DNA of 12,036 nucleotides from a virus (Duplodnaviria; Heunggongvirae; Uroviricota; Caudoviricetes): IMG/VR virus record IMGVR_UViG_2734482777_000021; one strand, 5' to 3'. Shown piece by piece: positions 6,874 to 12,036 of this stretch (position 1 is its first letter; each line of letters starts with the position of its first letter). The notes under the pieces were generated by a model. It saw only the letters and a program-made list of their open reading frames with translations, ran no database searches and was not told where the DNA came from. The position numbers and the translations under genes were made by a program.

Positions 6874-6892
6874 AGCTTTATGGAGTACACCG

Positions 6893-7453
6893 ATGAAAAA
6901 CACCGATTTTGAAATCCGCACATCTGAACTGACCGCCAGCAATAAAAAGCTGGTGGGGTATGCCGTTCGCTGGAACAGCCTTTCAGAAATTATCTGGGAT
7001 GAGTTCCGCGAACAGTTCACGCCGGGGGCTTTTGCTGACTATCTGGCTGCGGGTAATGATGTGCGCTGCCTGTATGAGCATGACTGTACCCGACTGCTGG
7101 GGCGTACCAAATCCGGCACTCTGGTACTGACTGAGGATAACACCGGGTTACGTTTTGAACTGACACCGCCGGATACCCAGCTTGGGAAAGATGTGCTTAC
7201 GCTGGTGGAGCGGGGCGACATTACAGGAATGAGCTTTGGCTTTCGCGCATTATGCGAGGAGTGGAATATCGCGCAAAAACCGTATCTGCGCACTGTTACC
7301 GCCGCAGAACTCCGTGAAATCACGATAACGTCGATGCCTGCTTATCCAGAATCTGGCGTGGAGATTGCCCACCGTTCGTTGTTTGCACTGCACCCTGAAT
7401 TACGCCCGGCAGGAAATAATCGTCATCGCTGGGCAGAGCTGGCGGGGTTGTGA
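6893..7453 (+). CDS. Prohead maturation protease, HK97 family (peptidase S78-like)
   Basis: 186 aa. Motifs GYAVRWN..., LYEHD (His) and ITGMSFGF (Ser) match the layout of HK97 gp4-type prohead proteases as I recall it. GGAG lies 6 nt upstream of the ATG. Confidence 0.8.
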   Translation: MKNTDFEIRTSELTASNKKLVGYAVRWNSLSEIIWDEFREQFTPGAFADYLAAGNDVRCLYEHDCTRLLGRTKSGTLVLTEDNTGLRFELTPPDTQLGKDVLTLVERGDITGMSFGFRALCEEWNIAQKPYLRTVTAAELREITITSMPAYPESGVEIAHRSLFALHPELRPAGNNRHRWAELAGL

Positions 7454-7454
7454 T

Positions 7455-8678
7455 ATGTGGTGGCCTTTTAGTCGTAAAAAAAGTGAGCAACGTAACCTGT
7501 CCATTGATGATTTTCTGGCGCTGGCCGGCGTACCGAATACCGGATCCGGAGAATATGTTTCTGCCGGGACGGCTGAATCATTGCCTGCAGTGATGAACGC
7601 GGTTTCTGTCATCGCTGAGGCGGTGGCCACGATGCCTTGTTATCTGTATCTGGTACGTAATGACAAGGGCAGGGAGGCGCGGGAATGGCTGGACAGTCAT
7701 CCGGTAGATATTCTGCTGAATGAGCAGCCTAATTCGTGCCAGACACCTTACCAGTTTAAACGCACAATGATGCGTCACTGCCTGCTGAACGGTAACGCCT
7801 ATGCGGTTATTGAGTGGGGGCGGGACGGTCAGCCAAAATCACTTCATCCTTATGCACCGGGTTGTGTTGTACCGGAACGCACAGGCGCACACAAATACCG
7901 CTATACCATCACCGAACCCTATACAGGAACGGTGCGCACGTATTTACAGGAAGAAGTTCTGCATCTCCGCTATGCCTCGGATGATGGCTTTCTGGGGCGC
8001 TCCCCTGTCACGATTTGCCGTGAGGCACTTGGGCTTGGCCTTGCTCAACAGCGCCACGGAGCCAGCATTATGAAAGATGGCATGATGGCGGCAGGGATTA
8101 TCACGTCAGGCGAATGGCTGGACGGCGTGAAAGGTAAACAGGCATTGGATGCTCTGGAACGCTACAAGGGGGCGAAAAATGCCGGAAAAACGCCAATCCT
8201 TGAAGGGGGCATGGATTACAAGCAACTGGGAATGAGTAACCAGGATGCGGAATGGCTGGCCTCCCGTCGCTTCTCCATTGAAGACATCGCCCGGATGTTC
8301 AACGTATCGCCTATTTTTCTGCAGGAATACAGCAACAGCACCTACAGCAATTTCAGCGAGGCAAGCCGCGCGTTTCTGACCATGACAATGCGCCCGTGGC
8401 TGGCGAACTTCGAACAGCAAATCAAGGCCGCTTTGCTGGTGGCTTCTCCCGTACCCGGTACCCGTTATCTGGTTGAGTTTGATTCAGCTGATTTATTACG
8501 CGCCACCCCTACCGAACGTTACGCCACGTATGAGAAAGGGATTAAGAACGGGATCATGAATCCGAACGAAGCCCGTGAGCGTGAGGGAATGCCGCCGCGT
8601 GAAGGTGGCGACGAGTTCAGCCAGGCATGGAAGCAGGAAGTGACAATCAGCAAGAACAGTCAGGGCGGTGACGAATGA
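7455..8678 (+). CDS. Portal protein, HK97 family
   Basis: About 407 aa from ATG 7455, immediately after the protease stop. The ORF track's longer 7365 start would overlap the protease by 89 nt. Size and composition fit HK97-type portals. The stop overlaps the next gene in ATGA. Confidence 0.8.
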   Translation: MWWPFSRKKSEQRNLSIDDFLALAGVPNTGSGEYVSAGTAESLPAVMNAVSVIAEAVATMPCYLYLVRNDKGREAREWLDSHPVDILLNEQPNSCQTPYQFKRTMMRHCLLNGNAYAVIEWGRDGQPKSLHPYAPGCVVPERTGAHKYRYTITEPYTGTVRTYLQEEVLHLRYASDDGFLGRSPVTICREALGLGLAQQRHGASIMKDGMMAAGIITSGEWLDGVKGKQALDALERYKGAKNAGKTPILEGGMDYKQLGMSNQDAEWLASRRFSIEDIARMFNVSPIFLQEYSNSTYSNFSEASRAFLTMTMRPWLANFEQQIKAALLVASPVPGTRYLVEFDSADLLRATPTERYATYEKGIKNGIMNPNEAREREGMPPREGGDEFSQAWKQEVTISKNSQGGDE

Positions 8679-9013
8679 TAGCCGGAAATATGCGGGACCG
8701 GGTGACGATTATGACATTTATCACGCAGCGCCTGCCGTCAGGAGCGATCCGGCAGATATGGACGGAAGGGGAAACCATCTGGGCAGAGGTCAAGGGGATC
8801 AGCGGACGGGAATTACTGACCGCAGGCGCAGAAACCGCACCTGCAACGATTCGGGTATGGGTTCGCTATCGTGGCGACATATCCGCCGCCAGTCGACTGA
8901 AAGTGCTTACCGGTGCTTTTGCCGGGAGCATGCTTAATATCATCGGGATCCCCTTACCTGATGCGAAAAGAACCCGGCTGGAAATTCTGGCAAAGGTGGG
9001 TACAGAAAAATGA
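8675..9013 (+). CDS. Head-tail joining / head closure protein (Phage_H_T_join-like)
   Basis: 112 aa. The N-terminal MRDRVTI... motif and size are typical. ATGA overlaps with both the upstream and downstream genes. Confidence 0.65.
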   Translation: MIAGNMRDRVTIMTFITQRLPSGAIRQIWTEGETIWAEVKGISGRELLTAGAETAPATIRVWVRYRGDISAASRLKVLTGAFAGSMLNIIGIPLPDAKRTRLEILAKVGTEK

Positions 9014-9306
9014 CAGCAGAAAAAATAACCCTGGAAGAAGCCAAACTTCACTGCCGCATAGACGGTAACACAGAAGACACACTGATTCAGGCATACATAA
9101 GCGCGGCGCTGGAGGTATGTCAGAAACATATTGGTAGGCGTTTTGATGATGGCCTGGAATTTACCCCTGCAATAAAAATTGGCTGCCTGATGTACATCTC
9201 GCAACTGTACGAGTACCGGACAACGCTTGGCGATACAGATACAAAAGAAATTCCCCTGACGATTTCCGCGCTCTGGTCGGTTTATCGTGATGTGGGGGTG
9301 TACTGA
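9010..9306 (+). CDS. gp6-like head-tail connector protein
   Basis: 98 aa. The N-terminus ITLEEAKLHCRIDGNTEDTLIQAYISAALEVC is characteristic of gp6-like connector proteins. Its stop overlaps the HNH start (TGATG). Confidence 0.65.
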   Translation: MTAEKITLEEAKLHCRIDGNTEDTLIQAYISAALEVCQKHIGRRFDDGLEFTPAIKIGCLMYISQLYEYRTTLGDTDTKEIPLTISALWSVYRDVGVY

Positions 9307-9746
9307 TGCCGTGGCAACCATTAAGGCGATGCACAGAGCCGGGCTGTAATAAGCGCGTGAAGTCCGGCAAGTGTGAAGAACACAGGCGGGCCGCATGGCG
9401 TGCAGAGGATGCCAGACGGGGACACCGCCGCGCGCGCGGGTATTCCCGACAGTGGGACAAATATCGCGCCCTGTACCTGAAAAAAAATCCGTTATGTGTG
9501 CGTTGTCTGGCTGAGGGTATTTATACGCCAGCCTTTGTGGTGGATCACATTATCCCCATCAATGGCGGCGGTGATGTTCTCTTCTGGCCTGAGTGGAACC
9601 ATCAGGCATTGTGCCAGACGTGCCACAACCGTAAGACGACACGGGAAGATCCAGCCACGAAAGCGAACCGTAAGGCGGGCATGTATCGCGAGCAGGAAGA
9701 ACGGGCGGCACATCGTAACGACTGGATGTATGGCGATGATGACTGA
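9306..9746 (+). CDS. HNH endonuclease (terminase-associated)
   Basis: 146 aa. Cys clusters CTEPGCNKRVKSGKCEEH and CVRC; HNH core VVDHIIPINGGGD...WNHQALCQTCHNRKT. It sits directly upstream of terS/terL, as in cos-type HK97-like packaging modules. Confidence 0.85.
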   Translation: MPWQPLRRCTEPGCNKRVKSGKCEEHRRAAWRAEDARRGHRRARGYSRQWDKYRALYLKKNPLCVRCLAEGIYTPAFVVDHIIPINGGGDVLFWPEWNHQALCQTCHNRKTTREDPATKANRKAGMYREQEERAAHRNDWMYGDDD

Positions 9747-9915
9747 ACAGGAGCAAAACAGGCTGATACGTGGACTGATAAGGCAGCGTGACTTATGGAA
9801 GACACAGGAGACAGGGCACAAAGCCAACAGGACAGGACGCACAGAACGCACCACAGCGAAGCGATTAACCGACCGTGACCGCGAGGTCATGGAATGTTTT
9901 CGCAATCGCTGGTGA
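9730..9915 (+). CDS. Hypothetical small basic protein (about 59-61 aa; start at 9730, 9736 or 9739)
   Basis: The in-frame ATG cluster overlaps the HNH stop. The protein is very Arg/Lys-rich. No SD and no recognisable motif; it could be non-coding. Confidence 0.25.
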   Translation: MAMMTEQEQNRLIRGLIRQRDLWKTQETGHKANRTGRTERTTAKRLTDRDREVMECFRNRW

Positions 9916-10034
9916 AGTCGTCAGAGGGGGTGGGGGAGGTTTTCAGGACGAAACCGTCCCTGCCGGACACCGACCGCCTCCTCAAATTTTTGTGCACGGT
10001 AATTTTTTTGAAAATAATTGGGCGAAAAAAGAAC
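9916..10034. other. Candidate cos/packaging-site region between HNH and terS: G-tract GGGGGTGGGGGAGG, hairpin GGACG-aaac-CGTCC, C-rich CGCCTCCTC, T-runs
   Basis: Non-coding gap in the position where cos sites of HNH-dependent phages commonly lie. Sequence elements read directly; function inferred. Confidence 0.25.
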
Positions 10035-10391
10035 ATGGCAAGACCACCAAAAGCCCCCGCTTACCTGGATGAAATCGCGGTCAGGCAGTGGAAGGAAAAA
10101 TCGCGCCAGCTTTCCGGGCGGGAAGACCTTACCCCCGCCGACTGGAGCAATCTGGAACTGTATTGTGTTAACTACTCCATATACCGCAAAGCCGTCGAAG
10201 ACCTTGCGACGCGCGGGTTCAGCATTGTTAACAGTCAGGGCAGCGAGAGCAGAAACCCCGCACTGAGCGCAAAGGCTGACGCAGAAAGAATAATGATCAA
10301 AATGGCTTCTTTGCTGGGTTTTGACCCGGTAAGCCGTCGCAGAAATCCACCGGAAACAGAGGAAGAGGACGAACTTGACCGCCTGGCATGA
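10035..10391 (+). CDS. terS: Terminase small subunit, P27 family-like
   Basis: 118 aa from the internal Met. The N-terminus MARPPKAPAYLDEIAVRQW matches the typical start of P27-family small terminases. The ORF-track start at 9894 adds a 47-aa extension that I judge unlikely. It overlaps terL by 17 nt. Confidence 0.7.
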   Translation: MARPPKAPAYLDEIAVRQWKEKSRQLSGREDLTPADWSNLELYCVNYSIYRKAVEDLATRGFSIVNSQGSESRNPALSAKADAERIMIKMASLLGFDPVSRRRNPPETEEEDELDRLA

Positions 10392-12036
10392 GTACGCAGA
10401 AGGCGTAAAAAACGGCAAAATTACGGCCTGTAAACGACTGAAACAGGCCGTTAAACGGTATTTTTCTGACCTTGAAAACTCCCTTTACACGTTCGATCCG
10501 GAGGTCGTGGAGCGGTTTATTGCCTTTTCCCGGGTGTGCCCGCACGTAAAAGGCGCAATGCGCGGTAGCCCCATTGAACTGGAGCCGTGGCAGCAGTTCG
10601 CCTTTGCCTGCATCCTGGGCTTTAAGGTTAAGGCCACCGGACGGCGCAAATACACCAGCGCATTCATTGAAGTACCGCGAAAAAATGCCAAATCCACGGT
10701 CGCCGCTATCCTGGCTAACTGGTTTCTGGTTATGGAAAACGGGCAGCAGGATATTTACACCGCCGCCGTGAGTCGTGATCAGGCGCGGATCGTGTTTGAT
10801 GATGCGCGTCAGATGTGCCTTTTATCCCGACCGTTACGAAAGCGGGTAAATATTCAGGCGCACAAGGTGATACACCCGAAAACCAACAGCCTGTTAAAGC
10901 CACTGGCAGCAAAAGCGGCAACCATTGAGGGGACAAACCCGAGTCTTGCCATTGTGGATGAATATCACCTGCACCCAGACAACGGGGTTTATTCCGCACT
11001 TGAGCTGGGGATGGGGGCGCGTCCGGAGGGGCTGTTATTTGCCATCACCACATCGGGGAGCAACGTTGTTTCAGCCTGTAAACAACACTATGACTATTGC
11101 TGTCAGATACTGGATGGTGAAGAGATGAACGAATCCATGTTCGTTCTGATTTACGAGCTGGATGATGAAAGCGAGGTTGACGATCCGGCGATGTGGATAA
11201 AGGCGAATCCAAATATCGATGTTTCCGTCGATCGTGAAAAACTGGCCTCAACCATCCAGAAAGCGCGGGGTATTCCGTCGCAGTGGGTGGAAATGCTCAC
11301 CAAGCGATTCAATATCTGGTGTCAGGGGGCTACGCCGTGGATGGGTAACGGTGCATGGGCGGAGTGCGCCGGAACGTTCGCGGAGGCGGATTTATACGGG
11401 CAGGAGTGCTACGCGGGGCTGGACTTATCATCAACCAGCGATATTTCCAGCGTGTGCTATGCCTTTCCGGTCGGTAAAAAGATTATGCTGGTTTCCCGTC
11501 ACTATCTGCCGGAATTTCAGCTACAGAACCCCGCCAATAAAAACCGCGCCATCTATCGCCAGTGGGTAAAGGCGGGCTGGATACGCACAACACCGGGTGA
11601 CTGCATTGATTATGACCGTATCCGTGATGACATCATGGCGGATGCAGAGAATTTCAATATCAGGCTGGTGGGCTTCGATACATGGAACGCCACGCACCTG
11701 AGGACGCAGCTACAGGGGGCAGGATTTGAGGTGGAGCCGTTCCCGCAAACATACCTTCGTTTCAGTCCGGCGGCGAAATCGTTCGAAGTTTTTGTTAACC
11801 GGAAGGTGATTGTGCATCGTGGTGATCCGGTGCTGGCCTGGTCAATGAGTAATGTTGTGATGCAGAGTGACGCGAACGCCAATATCAAGCCGAACAAGAA
11901 AAAATCATCCAACAAGATAGACCCGAGCGTTGCGGCGCTGATGGCGTTTGGCACATTCCAGGCAGAGCATGAGGAATTTGCATTCGATATGAGCGACAGC
12001 CACAAAGAGCGGCTTGCGGCGTTTGATGGTGTGTAA
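10375..12036 (+). CDS. terL: Terminase large subunit (ATPase + nuclease)
   Basis: 553 aa. Deviant Walker A VPRKNAKST (around nt 10670..10696), typical of HK97-like TerL. The start is TTG at 10375, with AGAGGA about 7 nt upstream and no in-frame ATG nearby. The gene ends at the last base of the window. Confidence 0.9.
   Translation: MTAWHEYAEGVKNGKITACKRLKQAVKRYFSDLENSLYTFDPEVVERFIAFSRVCPHVKGAMRGSPIELEPWQQFAFACILGFKVKATGRRKYTSAFIEVPRKNAKSTVAAILANWFLVMENGQQDIYTAAVSRDQARIVFDDARQMCLLSRPLRKRVNIQAHKVIHPKTNSLLKPLAAKAATIEGTNPSLAIVDEYHLHPDNGVYSALELGMGARPEGLLFAITTSGSNVVSACKQHYDYCCQILDGEEMNESMFVLIYELDDESEVDDPAMWIKANPNIDVSVDREKLASTIQKARGIPSQWVEMLTKRFNIWCQGATPWMGNGAWAECAGTFAEADLYGQECYAGLDLSSTSDISSVCYAFPVGKKIMLVSRHYLPEFQLQNPANKNRAIYRQWVKAGWIRTTPGDCIDYDRIRDDIMADAENFNIRLVGFDTWNATHLRTQLQGAGFEVEPFPQTYLRFSPAAKSFEVFVNRKVIVHRGDPVLAWSMSNVVMQSDANANIKPNKKKSSNKIDPSVAALMAFGTFQAEHEEFAFDMSDSHKERLAAFDGV

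Noticed and set aside
7365-7454. Upstream extension of the portal ORF starting at 7365
   Set aside because: It would overlap the protease gene by 89 nt and add a Cys-rich N-terminus. The ATG at 7455, immediately after the protease stop, is the more plausible start.
8866-9396. 176-aa minus-strand ORF across the connector genes, and the 165-aa minus ORF 9921..10418 across terS
   Set aside because: Antisense to tightly coupled, motif-supported structural genes, with no expression signals; shadow ORFs.
9496-9729. Long version (139 aa) of the ORF overlapping the HNH gene in another frame
   Set aside because: Most of it is embedded in the HNH CDS. Only the tail after the ATG cluster at 9730..9741 lies outside it, and even that is low confidence.
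9894-10034. Upstream extension of terS starting at 9894
   Set aside because: The extension (MFSQSLVKSS...) is unlike P27-type TerS N-termini, whereas the internal Met gives the canonical MARPPK start. The region is better explained as a non-coding packaging-site gap.

Overview
The window reads as a compact phage-satellite-like mobile element of enterobacterial type, most consistent with a capsid-forming phage-inducible chromosomal island (cf-PICI-like), not a complete prophage. Every call rests on motif-level reading of the ORF translations and the DNA; no database search was possible. Left to right: (1) a small ribbon-helix-helix regulator on the minus strand (184..360), divergent from (2) a rightward operon of four small overlapping ORFs (494..1464) translationally coupled to a 708-aa primase/helicase-like replication protein (1461..3587) with Walker A/B motifs. 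(3) An iteron-type origin follows (3613..3763): four direct copies of TAACCCGCA(A/G)AA at exact 21-bp spacing plus inverted copies and an AT-rich palindrome. (4) Next come an SSB-like OB-fold protein ending in the canonical ...DGIPF tail, a PerC-like small regulator and an 82-aa unknown, closed by a bidirectional hairpin terminator. (5) A single AT-rich, oppositely oriented 168-aa gene (4876..5382) has its own expression signals and a C-terminal glycine-zipper-like hydrophobic tail; it is the best candidate for an uncharacterised accessory function such as defence, exclusion or a toxin. (6) A complete head and packaging module follows in non-canonical order: HK97-type major capsid, prohead protease, portal, head-tail joining protein, gp6-like connector, HNH endonuclease, P27-type small terminase and large terminase (TTG start, overlapping terS). 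No tail, lysis, integrase, tRNA or CRISPR features are visible in the window.
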